Of a stretch of 64,000 bases of DNA, positions 52,947 through 63,631 are shown one piece after another (position 1 is the first letter of the stretch; each line of letters starts with the position of its first letter). Under the pieces are notes generated by a model, which was given only the letters and a program-made list of their open reading frames with translations, had not been told where the DNA came from and ran no database searches. A program made the position numbers and the translations under genes. The stretch comes from Parcubacteria group bacterium GW2011_GWC1_36_108. Its GTDB lineage: Bacteria; Patescibacteriota; Minisyncoccia; Moranbacterales; GWC2-37-73. The stretch is taken from assembly GCA_000991245.1 (NCBI GenBank), contig LBRD01000005.1:10944-74943 (forward strand). Reading direction: 5' to 3'.

Positions 52947-53309
52947 CTAGAAACGTGCGCTTTCATCAAGCACGACTTTCTTTTTAAGTGAAATTGCACC
53001 TCGTTTTTTTAGTGTTCTAAGTTTATCTTTAAGATGTGTAACTTGCGCTTGCAATTCATCAACAACCATATCAATTGAAGCTTCGATGCTCTCAGTGGTG
53101 TTGTCAGCACGAAACATATTGCGAGGAGTGTGCAGCATAACTTCTACACGAAATTTTCCTTTTTTGTCCAAATCAATCTCAACTTCACTCTTCATAATAT
53201 TATCAACAAACTTATCCAGCGTGCTAAGTCTCTTTTCGATGTATTCCTTAGTAGTCACGTCGATCTCAACTCCCTTGAAAAAAAATCTCATGTTTTCTGT
53301 TGTGCTCAT
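52947..53309 (-). CDS. hpf: ribosome hibernation promoting factor (HPF/RaiA family)
   Basis: 120 aa; typical sigma-54-modulation / S30EA family layout. Confidence 0.8.
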   Translation of the reverse strand: MSTTENMRFFFKGVEIDVTTKEYIEKRLSTLDKFVDNIMKSEVEIDLDKKGKFRVEVMLHTPRNMFRADNTTESIEASIDMVVDELQAQVTHLKDKLRTLKKRGAISLKKKVVLDESARF

Positions 53310-53351
53310 ACGGTTTTTTATATTAATAATTAAATTACAATTTTTTTATTT

Positions 53352-53392
53352 TTCGCATATTTGCGTCATTCGCATCCATTCGCGTATTCATA
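53352..53392 (-). promoter_or_regulatory. TTCGCAT/ATTCGCGTATT repeat cluster upstream of hpf
   Basis: ttcgcatatttgcgtcattcgcatccattcgcgtattcat; shares the 10-mer ttcgcgtatt with 37880-37889. Confidence 0.4.
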
Positions 53393-53400
53393 TAATCGTC

Positions 53401-54330
53401 TCAAAATCCCAAATAATTCACTTCCTCTGTCAGTTGAATTCCAAACTGATCTCGCACTTGTTGTTTAACAAAACTCACCAGCATTATAACATCCGAAGCT
53501 GTTGCCTCGCCAGCATTGATAATATAGTTTGCATGTTTTTCACTGACTTGCGCTCCGCCGATTTGTTTTCCCAAAAGTCCTGCCTGCTCAATAACCCAAC
53601 CTGCTGGCAAAGTTTTATTTCTCACGGGAACGCCTTTTTCTTTTTCAAATTCCTGACACAATTTTTCATTTTCAACCACCGGATTCATAAAATATGAACC
53701 GGCGCTTTTGGTTCCATTTAATCCCCTTGCCGATCTCGTCATTATAGTTTCTGTAACAATTTTTTGAACTTCTGCAATATCACCTTTTTGCAAAGCAAGT
53801 GTAGTTGAAATAACTATCAAATTTTTATTTTCTTTAAAAATACTTGTTCTGTATGCAAAATTACATTGCTCATTTTCAAAAGAAACTAATTCCATTTTTT
53901 CAGTGTCATATGCTGTCACAGTCTTGATACAAGATTTTATTTCTACTGAAAAAGCACCGGCATTTCCTCTCACAGCACCACCAACTGTTCCAGGAATTCC
54001 AGCTAATTTTTCCAAACCGGAAAGCCCCTGACCAGATGTCGTATTTACAATTTTAATAAGAGGTACTCCAGATTGAACCTCAATCATTTCGCCATCAATA
54101 GAAATTTCATTCATCTTTATCTTAATGATAAGACCATCAAAACCATCATCACTAACAAGCAAATTTGTTCCGCCACCCAAAATATAAAAATCTATTTTTT
54201 TGTCTTTAGCAAATTCTAATGCTTCTTTCAGTTCTTCAACCGAAAAAACTTCCGCATAAAATTTTGCATCTCCCCCAATGCGAAACGAAGTAAACGGTGC
54301 TAATGAGATATTTTCTTTTATTTCTATCAT
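53401..54330 (-). CDS. murB: UDP-N-acetylenolpyruvoylglucosamine reductase MurB
   Basis: FAD-binding FTSFRIGGDAKFYAE...ILGGGTNLLV; start placed at MIEIKENI, so the 81-aa ORF-track extension is treated as spurious. Confidence 0.85.
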   Translation of the reverse strand: MIEIKENISLAPFTSFRIGGDAKFYAEVFSVEELKEALEFAKDKKIDFYILGGGTNLLVSDDGFDGLIIKIKMNEISIDGEMIEVQSGVPLIKIVNTTSGQGLSGLEKLAGIPGTVGGAVRGNAGAFSVEIKSCIKTVTAYDTEKMELVSFENEQCNFAYRTSIFKENKNLIVISTTLALQKGDIAEVQKIVTETIMTRSARGLNGTKSAGSYFMNPVVENEKLCQEFEKEKGVPVRNKTLPAGWVIEQAGLLGKQIGGAQVSEKHANYIINAGEATASDVIMLVSFVKQQVRDQFGIQLTEEVNYLGF

Positions 54331-54349
54331 GATTTTTTTATTTAAATTA

Positions 54350-57073
54350 TTATCTCTTGGCTTCGGCTTTTCTCCCTTCTTCAAAAACAAACACTGCAAC
54401 CATGGCGACAAACACTGCCACCCAATCTTGCCACATAATTGGTGCCATATGCAAATATTTTTGCAAAAATGGTAGATACATAAACAAAAGAAGCATTGCA
54501 GTAGAAATAACAGCAGCACCGATAGCATATTTGTTTTTGAAAAAACCGATTGTAAAAACTGAAAGTGTTTCACTGCGAGCTTGCATCAAGTTGACCATCT
54601 GAGTCATTGCAAGCACTGCATATGCCACTGTTGTTGACCTAATATATAATACGCTATTGGGATCAATTTTATTACCAAAATCCCAGCCTCCTCTTTTCAT
54701 TGAAAGAATAAACGCAATCACGGCGCCAGTTGCCATAATAAGACCCACCCGCAGCAATCGCCACACACCAGCTGAATCAATGACTTTTTCTTTTGCGCTA
54801 AATGGTTTTCTTTTCATCACATTTGGTTCTGATGGTTCCAAGCCGAGTGAAAAAGAAGGGAAGATGTCAGTTCCGAGATCAATAGCCAGAATTTGCACTG
54901 CTGTTATTGGCACAGGTATTTGCAATAAAACTCCAATGATTACAGTGAAAAATTCACTCACATTTGAAGTAAAAACATAGTATACAAATTTTCTCAAATT
55001 TTGATAGATGGTTCTTCCCTCTTTTATTGCTCGCACAATTGAAGCAAAGTTATCATCAAGCAAAATCATATCAGAAGCTTCTTTTGCCACATCCGTTCCA
55101 ATGACCCCCATTGCAACTCCAATATCAGCTCGCTTCAGTGCGGGTGCATCATTCACGCCATCTCCCGTCATTGCAATAACAGCGCCACTTTTTTTAAGTA
55201 AAGTTGCAATACGCAATTTTTGCTCTGGAGCAATTCGCGCAAAAGCCACCTCTTTTTCCAAAATTTTTGCAATCAATTCGTCGTCAGATAGCAAATCGAG
55301 CGCTCTTCCGTTTATAACTTCGGCGTTTGTTGATTTTAAAAGTCCAACCTTTTTGGCTATAGCCTCTGCAGTAATTTCATAATCCCCCGTTATCATAATC
55401 ACTTTTATTCCTGATTTGATGCACTCTTCAATTGCGCTGCGCACGTCGGCGCGTGGAGGATCAATCATTCCCATCATTCCAACCCAAACCAAATCCTTTT
55501 CAGCTTCCAAGGAAAACTTATCCCGAGCAACATCATCCAAATCTCTTTGAGCAAAAGCCAAGACTCGGAGTGCCTGTTTGCTCATTGCGTCATAACTACT
55601 TTTGGCTTTCTGTTTTTCTGCAGGAGTAAATGGAATTATTTGATCGCCGACAAGTTTGTGTGTGCAAAGATCAAGCAAAACGTCCGGCGAACCTTTTACA
55701 AATGATGTTTTTTTGCCAGAAATATTATTAGAATACACAACACTCATCCTCATCCGATCAGAAGAAAAAGGATTTTCATCAATTTTTTCCCAACCATTTC
55801 GAAAAAAATCAGTTTCGTTTTGATATTTTTTTGCTACCACCAGCAATGCAGCTTCGGTCGGATCTCCGGTAATAGAAATTAATCCATTTTTTTCCATCAG
55901 ACCACTATCATTACAAAGCGTTCCAATTCGAAACAATGTTTCAAGTTGAGAATATTTTTTAACATCAATTTTTCGTCCAAAGGAATAAAAATCTCCTTTT
56001 TCCTGATAACCTTCGCCATCCACAGTCAATTCATCATCGCCCACAATAATATTTGTGACCATTAGTTCATTGCGCGTGATTGTGCCGGTTTTGTCCGAGC
56101 AAATTATAGAAACGGAAGCAAGTGTTTCCACGGCGTTTAATTTTTTGGCCAGCACATTATATTTTAAAAGTTTTTTCATTCCAAGCGAAAGAGCCACAGA
56201 AATAGCCGCGGGAAGACCCTCTGGCACAACAGAAACAGCCAAAGCAAATGCAAAGAGAAAATTTTCATACAATGATATTTCGCTATAATATCCAGCTATC
56301 ATAACCAGCGTGCCGATAAGGACTGCCAGAATTGAAACATCTCGACCAAGAGTTCGCATTTGTTTTTGAAGTGGAGTTTCCTCTTCCTTAACTTCACTGA
56401 CCATATGCGCAATATTTCCAAGCTGGGTTTTCATCCCCGTACCCGTCACTAAAACAGTAGCGCTTCCTCTAGTGAGTGACGTTCCCATAAAAATCATATT
56501 ATCCATATCCGCCAATACTAAACCTTGCTCAGTAATTGCTCCTGAATTTTTTCTACTAGACTTAGATTCTCCGGTAAAAATAAACTCATTAGCGTAAACA
56601 TCATAACTTTCCAGCAAATATCCATCAGCTGCCACAGAATCTCCAGAAGTTAGCACAATAATATCTCCCGGAACAAGAAAAGAAGCGTCGATTTCTTGTC
56701 GCTGTCCGTCACGCAAAACAATTGCTTTGTCTGATGCTAAGCGGCGGATGTTTTCCAGAGTACGCTCTGCTTTATATTCTTGAAAAAAACCAATGGTTGC
56801 ATTAATACTGATGATCAAGAAAATTATCGTCATATCGCGATATTCCCCAAACAAAAAAGCCAGAACGCCAGCCACTAGCAAAATCCAAACTAACGCGTCA
56901 TTAAATTGATTTAGTAAAAGTGAAAACCAACTCCAAGATTGTTTTTTCTGCACTGCATTTTTTCCATATTTTTTCAATCTTTCTTCCGCTTCCTTACTGG
57001 TCAACCCCGAAACAGTCGCCGAAAATTTCTCCAAAACTTCCTGCTCGGTCAAATTGTATATTTGTTTTTCCAT
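54350..57073 (-). CDS. cation-transporting P-type ATPase (P2/P3-type, Ca2+/Mg2+-like)
   Basis: DKTGTIT phosphorylation motif, TGES-like actuator, GDGVNDAPAL hinge and ~10 TM helices. Confidence 0.9.
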   Translation of the reverse strand: MEKQIYNLTEQEVLEKFSATVSGLTSKEAEERLKKYGKNAVQKKQSWSWFSLLLNQFNDALVWILLVAGVLAFLFGEYRDMTIIFLIISINATIGFFQEYKAERTLENIRRLASDKAIVLRDGQRQEIDASFLVPGDIIVLTSGDSVAADGYLLESYDVYANEFIFTGESKSSRKNSGAITEQGLVLADMDNMIFMGTSLTRGSATVLVTGTGMKTQLGNIAHMVSEVKEEETPLQKQMRTLGRDVSILAVLIGTLVMIAGYYSEISLYENFLFAFALAVSVVPEGLPAAISVALSLGMKKLLKYNVLAKKLNAVETLASVSIICSDKTGTITRNELMVTNIIVGDDELTVDGEGYQEKGDFYSFGRKIDVKKYSQLETLFRIGTLCNDSGLMEKNGLISITGDPTEAALLVVAKKYQNETDFFRNGWEKIDENPFSSDRMRMSVVYSNNISGKKTSFVKGSPDVLLDLCTHKLVGDQIIPFTPAEKQKAKSSYDAMSKQALRVLAFAQRDLDDVARDKFSLEAEKDLVWVGMMGMIDPPRADVRSAIEECIKSGIKVIMITGDYEITAEAIAKKVGLLKSTNAEVINGRALDLLSDDELIAKILEKEVAFARIAPEQKLRIATLLKKSGAVIAMTGDGVNDAPALKRADIGVAMGVIGTDVAKEASDMILLDDNFASIVRAIKEGRTIYQNLRKFVYYVFTSNVSEFFTVIIGVLLQIPVPITAVQILAIDLGTDIFPSFSLGLEPSEPNVMKRKPFSAKEKVIDSAGVWRLLRVGLIMATGAVIAFILSMKRGGWDFGNKIDPNSVLYIRSTTVAYAVLAMTQMVNLMQARSETLSVFTIGFFKNKYAIGAAVISTAMLLLFMYLPFLQKYLHMAPIMWQDWVAVFVAMVAVFVFEEGRKAEAKR

Positions 57074-57244
57074 TTGAAATAATTTAAAAAGATTTGTTTT
57101 TATTGATTTAATTATACCTTTAATAAATCATTTTTTCTACTTGACATTTAGGCAAAATAGGAGTATAATATGAAAATGGTGCCAAACCATAACTAAAAAG
57201 CTTCCAGAGCAATCTGAAAGCTTTTTTATTTAATTTGCCCAATA

Positions 57245-58030
57245 TTAAAGCAATCTTGCTGTTAGGTGCCCTATTCCATAGGGGGCTTCGTAACTTAATA
57301 GTTCAAAATTATATTTTTTTTCATGCAAAATTCCCAAGAGGATTACAATTGAGCGCAGGCCGCATTCTGCAGCTTCAGCAATGGTTTGCTCTTCCATATT
57401 CATCAAGCTTACCAAGTCTCCACTTCCCAAAAAGCGTATCACTGAATGATCAAATGCTTCAGCGCTTGGAGAAAAACCTGCGGGCGCATTTGGAGTAAGC
57501 TTATGAGAAAGATCTGCACTGGCAATAACAGCCACTCTCGGGCTTTTTGGATTGTCTAAAACTTTTTGGATAATTTCGCCATAACGATAATGGCGATCAT
57601 AATTCATAAGAGAAAAAGAAAGATGCACAATCCTTGGTTTAATGTTTTTTGTAAGATGATAAAGAGGGATAATAGCACCGTGATCCAAAAAACCAGGATG
57701 GAGTTTTGCCGGAAACTCTTCACTCATAAGACAGTTGTATGCTATTTTGTCAGCAATTTCAATATTGTTTTTATAACTAACAACTTCATCGTCGCCAAAT
57801 TGTGCAAGACTTCCCTTTAATTCACTTTCTGAATTAATAACAAAAGCATATGGCTCCAAATAAGCATGCGGAGAAATAACAATTATCGTGTCAGGATCAG
57901 CTGCTTCCAAGCCAAGTCGAAGAGACTCAAGAGCATTGAGTGTTTTTTCAAGAAGCTTTAAATCATCAGCATTTCCGATGCTAGGAATGCTTGTTGGTGG
58001 ATGCGGAACAATTGCAGAAAATACAATCAT
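57245..58030 (-). CDS. MEMO1 / LigB-family protein (AmmeMemoRadiSam protein B-like)
   Basis: IVISPHAYLEPYAF and VIASADLSHK motifs. Confidence 0.6.
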   Translation of the reverse strand: MIVFSAIVPHPPTSIPSIGNADDLKLLEKTLNALESLRLGLEAADPDTIIVISPHAYLEPYAFVINSESELKGSLAQFGDDEVVSYKNNIEIADKIAYNCLMSEEFPAKLHPGFLDHGAIIPLYHLTKNIKPRIVHLSFSLMNYDRHYRYGEIIQKVLDNPKSPRVAVIASADLSHKLTPNAPAGFSPSAEAFDHSVIRFLGSGDLVSLMNMEEQTIAEAAECGLRSIVILLGILHEKKYNFELLSYEAPYGIGHLTARLL

Positions 58031-58038
58031 ATTTCTTG

Positions 58039-58077
58039 CCCCGTTAAATTGTGGTAATCCACACTATTTAACTGGGG
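58039..58077 (-). repeat. E-element, short form (E4), ending 8 nt before the ATG
   Basis: gccccgttaaattgTggtaatccAcactatttaactgggg. It differs from E3 only by the paired C to T and G to A substitutions (plus A/T in the spacer). Confidence 0.6.
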
Positions 58078-58133
58078 TTGTCTTAAATGTCAGCAAAGAT
58101 AGTACAAACGGGTGCTTATTAATATTACTATTT

Positions 58134-58943
58134 TTATTTTTTACCTCCATTGATTACTAACATTGCCTTATCCTTAATTGATTTTGGAGCATCGGGATGA
58201 TTTTTGCCAGAAGGATATGCCCAAATGGCATCGAACAAAACTTTTTCATCATATCGATAATTCTCTCCCCTTTTCGTCCCTGGGTCGTTGGTAATAAATT
58301 CTTTTGTTTTTGCGTCATAATCAACAAGCACAAGCATATGTGTGATTGGTCCCGGCTCCGTGAAGTTCGGATTTTTAAGAGCGCGCCCAAAAATTGGAAC
58401 CAAAATAATATTTTGTTTTGCAAGTTCTTTTTTCAAATCATCCAAAATAAAGCTCTTACTGATTGTGAAATTTTTAAAACCATAAAAATCAACGAGAATC
58501 TTACCAACATCTGAAACATCCGTGTCAATAAAATATCCGAAAGTTTTTTCTTCAAATTTCGAGATATCAAATATTTCTTGCTGAGCATCATTCGGCGAAG
58601 AAAAAGATTTACCTTTAATCCACCTCATTGCCATAGCCACCGATGCCTCCTCGCAACCATTTTGGTTTCGCTCATCACTCCAATCGCCCAACGGAGCTTG
58701 CGAAGTAAACGGGACTTTGTTTTTTTCTACTGGCTTAATTTGAACTTGTTCTTCCTTTTGTTTTTCAACTAACTGACTTTTTTTCTCATTTTCATTTTGA
58801 ACATTTTTTTCTTCTGGCAAAATTTGCCTTTGATCATTAACGTCTTGTTTTTCTTGCGCAAAATTTTCGCCCCGAAAAAACAAACCCGCAAATAATGCTG
58901 CAATTAAAAATACTATTCCAAAAAAAATCTTTCGCTTATTCAT
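58134..58943 (-). CDS. membrane-anchored papain-like peptidase C39-like domain protein
   Basis: N-terminal TM helix; catalytic-like Q...NGCEEASVAMAMRW and HMLVLVDYD. Confidence 0.55.
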   Translation of the reverse strand: MNKRKIFFGIVFLIAALFAGLFFRGENFAQEKQDVNDQRQILPEEKNVQNENEKKSQLVEKQKEEQVQIKPVEKNKVPFTSQAPLGDWSDERNQNGCEEASVAMAMRWIKGKSFSSPNDAQQEIFDISKFEEKTFGYFIDTDVSDVGKILVDFYGFKNFTISKSFILDDLKKELAKQNIILVPIFGRALKNPNFTEPGPITHMLVLVDYDAKTKEFITNDPGTKRGENYRYDEKVLFDAIWAYPSGKNHPDAPKSIKDKAMLVINGGKK

Positions 58944-59019
58944 AAATCAATTATACATCTTAACAATAAATGCGCCACATAAAACAAAAAGATATCCGAA
59001 GATATCTTTTTGCATTCAA

Positions 59020-59955
59020 TTATCCAATGAGACTTTTGTAGTTTTCAGCCCAATAGAGAATTTGATTTGCATACCAATCATATTGATATGAAGTTGTGCC
59101 AGAAAGATACAATTTGGCTGCTCTTTTTTCGGCAAGCCTGTTGTGATCCGTCACTCCATAAACATCAGAAAGTTTGAGAGCCACAGCGACTGCAGCATCT
59201 TTCTCGTTCCATGGATCAGGATTTTCCTTCCCTACGACAGCTGAGATGCGATCTTTATATTCCATCCAAGTGTCTGGCATAAATTGTGGAATTCCCATTG
59301 CACCGCCTGTTCCAGCATATGAGCCTGGGTTACATGAGACATTCAATTTTTTGTAGTCATATCCTAAGCTTCCTGCAACATCCTTAATGATCTCTCTACG
59401 CTCTTGGAAAGTTTTCCATGCTCGCGTACTGAGGTAACCATTTTGATGATTGGCTTTTGCACCTTCTTCCACTTCCTGATAGGTACATTCTCCATGATTT
59501 CTGCCTAGGTCAGATTCGACCACTAACAAACCTATAATGAAATTTTTTCGAACACCTGTAGCTTCAGCTGCAAATTCAGCAGCTTTTTCTATCTCAGCAG
59601 GATCAGTGACGACCTTGGGGACAGCTGAGTTTGTTGAGATAAGTTGAATCAACTTTTTCTCATTTTTATCCTCTTTTTTTGTTTCAACCTCTGCATTTGC
59701 AGCAGGATTTTCAATTGTAACCTTTCTTACTTTGGTTATTTTTTCTTTCGAAAATCTTAACAGACTTTGCACTGGCGACTCAGATGCTTGTGCATCAGGA
59801 GTAAGCAAGAACAAGGAGCAAATAGCCACAAATAAAGCCACATTGCGCCCAGATAAAACACTTTTTGTAATACTAATAAGTTTGTTTTTAATAATTACTT
59901 CTTTGCTTGCTTTATCGACAAAACAAACAATTTTTATTTTTAGGCTCTGCAGCAA
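59020..59955 (-). CDS. lytic transglycosylase (SLT domain) with signal peptide
   Basis: GAMGIPQFMPDTW plus an ES-containing catalytic region (VVESDLGRN). Confidence 0.75.
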   Translation of the reverse strand: MLQSLKIKIVCFVDKASKEVIIKNKLISITKSVLSGRNVALFVAICSLFLLTPDAQASESPVQSLLRFSKEKITKVRKVTIENPAANAEVETKKEDKNEKKLIQLISTNSAVPKVVTDPAEIEKAAEFAAEATGVRKNFIIGLLVVESDLGRNHGECTYQEVEEGAKANHQNGYLSTRAWKTFQERREIIKDVAGSLGYDYKKLNVSCNPGSYAGTGGAMGIPQFMPDTWMEYKDRISAVVGKENPDPWNEKDAAVAVALKLSDVYGVTDHNRLAEKRAAKLYLSGTTSYQYDWYANQILYWAENYKSLIG

Positions 59956-60112
59956 AATAATTTGTGCAATTCGTGCTCAGATTTGCGTCAGATTTGTTCT
60001 AAAAAAATCTGAAAGATATCGAGATACCTTGAAGATTTTTTTAGGCAAAGATGACGTGAAGATGAGTTGCGAGGTATATAAATTATTTTACTGCAGAGAC
60101 TTAGACTAAAAC

Positions 60113-60140
60113 AAAAAAGAGTTCCATACGGAACCTTTTT
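60113..60140. terminator. bidirectional rho-independent terminator
   Basis: aaaaaagagttccatacggaacctttttc. Confidence 0.5.
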
Positions 60141-60226
60141 CATATTGTCACAAACTAGTATAAGATATAACGTGTTTTTTGTCAATCCCGAGCTACCAAT
60201 TTTTAATCAAACAATGTGCGTTGTTT

Positions 60227-61168
60227 TTACAATTTCTTTTTTCGCATAACATACATCGGCCTATTGATAACCTCCTTGTGAATATTGGCAATATAAAGCG
60301 CCATCAGTCCGATAGAAATCAAGATAATTCCAACCAAAAAGACCAAAAGGATTGCTAAATTTTCCGCATCGGAAAATGTTGATGCAAACGGAGTGCGAAA
60401 AAAATATTTACCCAATAAAATATAAAAACCTGCCAAACCAGAAACTAAGGTAATCACAATTCCCAGATTTCCAGCTAATTGTAATGGAAACAAGCTCAAT
60501 GAAACAAAGCTGTTCATCGCTAATTTAAAAAGCTTCCAAAAACTATAACTAGCATTTCCATGAATTCTTTCATTGGCATTAAAATTAATATACGCGCGCC
60601 TGAATCCCAACCAATCAACCAGTGCTCTTGTCATTCTATTTGTTTCCGTAAGACGATTAAATTCATCAACAACAACTCTATCAAGTAAGCGATAATCTGT
60701 AGCATTGGGAATAATTTCAATTTCAGCAATTTTGTTAATTACCTTATAAAAAATATTCGAACCTATTTTCTTAAAAAATCCGTTGCTTTTATTCTTATTT
60801 CTAATTCCCACAACCACTTCGGCGCCATTTTCCCATTTAGCAATAAATTCAGGAATAAGTTCGACTGGATGTTGCAAATCACCGTCAAGCATAATGCAAG
60901 CGTCCCCATCGCAATTATTCAAGCCTGCCGTGGTGGCAACTTCTTTGCCGAAATTTCTTGAAAAATCAATAAATTTAACGTCTTGATCTACCTGGGCCAA
61001 TTTTTCCATTTCACCAATAGTATTATCTAAACTGCCATCATTAATAAAAAGAATATTAAAAACATATTTATCGGAGCATTTTTTAAAAACTTCTTGCAAC
61101 TCAATATAAATAAGAGGAATGTTTTTTTCCTCATTATAAGCCGGAATAATAATCGAGATTTTTTTCAT
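60227..61168 (-). CDS. family-2 glycosyltransferase (polyprenol-phosphate sugar transferase-like, C-terminal TM helices)
   Basis: ISIIIPAYNEE, DGSLDNT and DGDLQHP motifs; two C-terminal TM helices. Confidence 0.85.
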   Translation of the reverse strand: MKKISIIIPAYNEEKNIPLIYIELQEVFKKCSDKYVFNILFINDGSLDNTIGEMEKLAQVDQDVKFIDFSRNFGKEVATTAGLNNCDGDACIMLDGDLQHPVELIPEFIAKWENGAEVVVGIRNKNKSNGFFKKIGSNIFYKVINKIAEIEIIPNATDYRLLDRVVVDEFNRLTETNRMTRALVDWLGFRRAYINFNANERIHGNASYSFWKLFKLAMNSFVSLSLFPLQLAGNLGIVITLVSGLAGFYILLGKYFFRTPFASTFSDAENLAILLVFLVGIILISIGLMALYIANIHKEVINRPMYVMRKKKL

Positions 61169-61285
61169 AATCCTTTTGCTTCATTTATCAGTATTAAAAG
61201 TATATCACAATTAAGCGTTCAGTAAAGCACTTTGGATACATACAAAAAAGCGTCACTAAGACGCTTTTTAATGGAAACCGATAAT

Positions 61286-61501
61286 TTATCTCATATTACC
61301 ACCACACATTTTGCATATTCCTTTGTGAATCACGACTTCATTAATTGCGGAAACACCAACAAGAACATATATTATCTTGGAAACAAGTGCCATCTGTCCC
61401 CCAAATAGCATCCCAATTTCCCACCCAAACAGTCCCAACAAGAGCCAATTAAGACCACCGATCACGAGCAATGTAAACGTGACCATATGTAAGCTTTTCA
61501 T
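61286..61501 (-). CDS. DUF378-family small membrane protein
   Basis: LLVIGGLNWLLLGLFGW...KIIYVLVGVSAI. Confidence 0.55.
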   Translation of the reverse strand: MKSLHMVTFTLLVIGGLNWLLLGLFGWEIGMLFGGQMALVSKIIYVLVGVSAINEVVIHKGICKMCGGNMR

Positions 61502-61710
61502 ATATTTTTAACCTTGTTACATTCCAAAAATTGGTAATGTTTAACCAGGTTGTATACAATTTTAAAATCTACGCTTCTAAACAGGCGTCGACCACATCCT
61601 GAATAGTTTGTTATTAATATACAATTAAAAATGCTTTTGCTTTCAAAACAAAAGACAGGTTTTAACCTGCCTTTATGTCTTATGCTTTTTCTATCCAAAC
61701 TATAAATTTA

Positions 61711-61840
61711 GGACTTACGCATTTTCTCAACTATTTCTTATTTGGCACGCTTTTGGATAAATACTCACTATCCAAAAGCTCAAGAGTCGCTGTCGCCAAC
61801 TACTGGCCAAAAAAGAAATGATTCGAAATGCGTAACTTCT
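61711..61840 (-). repeat. R-element copy R3 (reverse orientation; >90% identical to R1)
   Basis: Reverse complement reads agaagttacgcatttcgaatcatttcttttttggccagtagttggcgacagcgactcttgagcttttggatagtgagtatttatccaaaagcgtgccaaataagaaatagttgagaaaatgcgtaagtcc. Confidence 0.6.
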
Positions 61841-61847
61841 GATATTA

Positions 61848-62546
61848 TTAGTTCGAAATTAGCTTATTTAACCATCCAAACAAACTAATTCCTTCTTGTG
61901 CATTCAAAAGTAATGTCTCAATTTCTTGATTAGCTTGTTCTAAAACTTTAACTTGCTGTGTTAATTGCTGTTGATCTCCTTCGTTTGAAAGTTGTGTCTT
62001 AAGCTGATTAAGTTGACGAATTTGTTCCTTGTTTTGATTTAATGTTTCTTGGGACGTTTTTATCTCACCGTAGTTTGGTCCAACAAAAAATTTAGCAACG
62101 CCTCCACGACTCTCTATCTTTTCAATGCTTTTTTCAAGTTTAACTTGATTTTGATTCTGATTCTGAGCAATAACTTTTACCTGTTGTCCAATTCCTCCAG
62201 TTCTGTCAGCTAATTGAATCATTGCCTGAACTGCATTAGCAACCATACTTCTTTTTTGTGCTGCATTAGCGCCAGCATTTGAGTTTCCATTACCTGCCGA
62301 ATTTACAGCACCACCCATTGTTGGTTGAGCAGCATTTTTATCTTGAGTTTGAACTTGTGTAGTTTCTCCTTGATTCATCACTTTGTTTTGTTCCTGGGTT
62401 GGAGAAGTTTTTTCAACTTGACCAGTTGGAGCCTGTACTACTGTTGGCTCAACTTTTGCTTCTTGTTTTGGAGCTGTGTTTGCTGCTTGAGCCTGAAGAA
62501 CAAATCCAAACATCAGCAGCGATGCTGCGAACATTGTTTTTTTCAT
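61848..62546 (-). CDS. secreted Q/N/T-rich coiled-coil hypothetical protein
   Basis: Signal peptide MKKTMFAASLLMFGFVLQAQA; low-complexity mature region. Confidence 0.5.
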   Translation of the reverse strand: MKKTMFAASLLMFGFVLQAQAANTAPKQEAKVEPTVVQAPTGQVEKTSPTQEQNKVMNQGETTQVQTQDKNAAQPTMGGAVNSAGNGNSNAGANAAQKRSMVANAVQAMIQLADRTGGIGQQVKVIAQNQNQNQVKLEKSIEKIESRGGVAKFFVGPNYGEIKTSQETLNQNKEQIRQLNQLKTQLSNEGDQQQLTQQVKVLEQANQEIETLLLNAQEGISLFGWLNKLISN

Positions 62547-62648
62547 TGTTTTTATATTAAATAATTACTACATTAATTATACATCTTTTTTGATATTAAG
62601 TAAATCATTTTTTATTACAAAACGAATTTTCAATTACAAACCAACTAT

Positions 62649-63629
62649 TTATTTCAAGTATTTTTCAATATTTTCTTTGTGCTCTTCAAATGTTTTTGCG
62701 CAATAAATTTGCTTATTACTATCGTGAATATAAAACAAACAATCAGTTTCTATAGGATTAACAATAGCTTCAATTGCATCAAGCCCAGGGTTGCCAATCG
62801 GATATGGCGGAAGTCCCTTGTATTTATATGTGTTATATGGAGAATCAATATTGACGATGTCCGTGGATTTGATTGGTGCCCACCAACCAGTATCTGTTTT
62901 GCCTCGCGCATATTGCACTGTCGCATCAATTTCCAGATTCATATCTTGATTAAGCCTATTCCAAAGTATTCCAGCAATAAGTGGCATATCATCTTTTCCT
63001 GCAGCTTCTCTTTGCACAATTGAAGCTAATTTAAGTCCAGTTGTCCATTTGATGTTCTGCTGGACAAACTGACTAATATATGGGGCGAATTGCTCATCAA
63101 AACGCCGAGTCATCCTATTAGCAATATCAAATCCTTTTTCATCAACCGGAATCAAATATGTATCTGGAAAATATGTGCCTTCAATATAATCAATATTCAT
63201 TTTCGTGTATTCCGTATTCCACTTGTCCAATTCTTCATCGCTCCAGCCAAATGTGTCCGCCAGCTTTTCCCCAATTTGTTCTTTTCTATAACCTTCTGGA
63301 ATAACAACCCATTTCATGTCAGGAGCAAAAGTGAGTTTTCCAGCCAATTGCCAAGCACTCATATTTTTTGAAACATTGTAACCACCAGCTTTAATATCTC
63401 CTTTTTTGAAAAATCGAACCAGCTTAAATGCAACTTTATTTTTTATAAAGCCCTGATTTTTCAACTTATCCAAAGTTTGTGTTTCAGTTTGATTGCGATT
63501 CACAATAAAAACTTTTTTCTCCTCTAGAGATTGTGACGCACCAAAAAATAAAAAGTATATAAGAAAAATACCCCCAATTGCAATCGCAATCAGCCCCGCA
63601 ATTGCACCAATTTTCTTCTTATTTTCCAT
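62649..63629 (-). CDS. mltG: endolytic murein transglycosylase MltG (YceG family)
   Basis: N-terminal TM; LASIVQREAAGKDDMPLIAGILWNRL...PYNTYKYKGLPPYPIGNPG. Confidence 0.85.
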   Translation of the reverse strand: MENKKKIGAIAGLIAIAIGGIFLIYFLFFGASQSLEEKKVFIVNRNQTETQTLDKLKNQGFIKNKVAFKLVRFFKKGDIKAGGYNVSKNMSAWQLAGKLTFAPDMKWVVIPEGYRKEQIGEKLADTFGWSDEELDKWNTEYTKMNIDYIEGTYFPDTYLIPVDEKGFDIANRMTRRFDEQFAPYISQFVQQNIKWTTGLKLASIVQREAAGKDDMPLIAGILWNRLNQDMNLEIDATVQYARGKTDTGWWAPIKSTDIVNIDSPYNTYKYKGLPPYPIGNPGLDAIEAIVNPIETDCLFYIHDSNKQIYCAKTFEEHKENIEKYLK

Positions 63630-63631
63630 TT

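Noticed and set aside
53401-54573. 81-aa N-terminal extension of murB in the ORF track (MKHFQFLQSV...).
   Set aside because: It is Cys/Phe/Leu-rich junk without homology that would overlap the P-type ATPase gene; the conserved MurB sequence begins at the internal Met (MIEIKENISLAPFTSFRIGG), so the start was moved to 54330.
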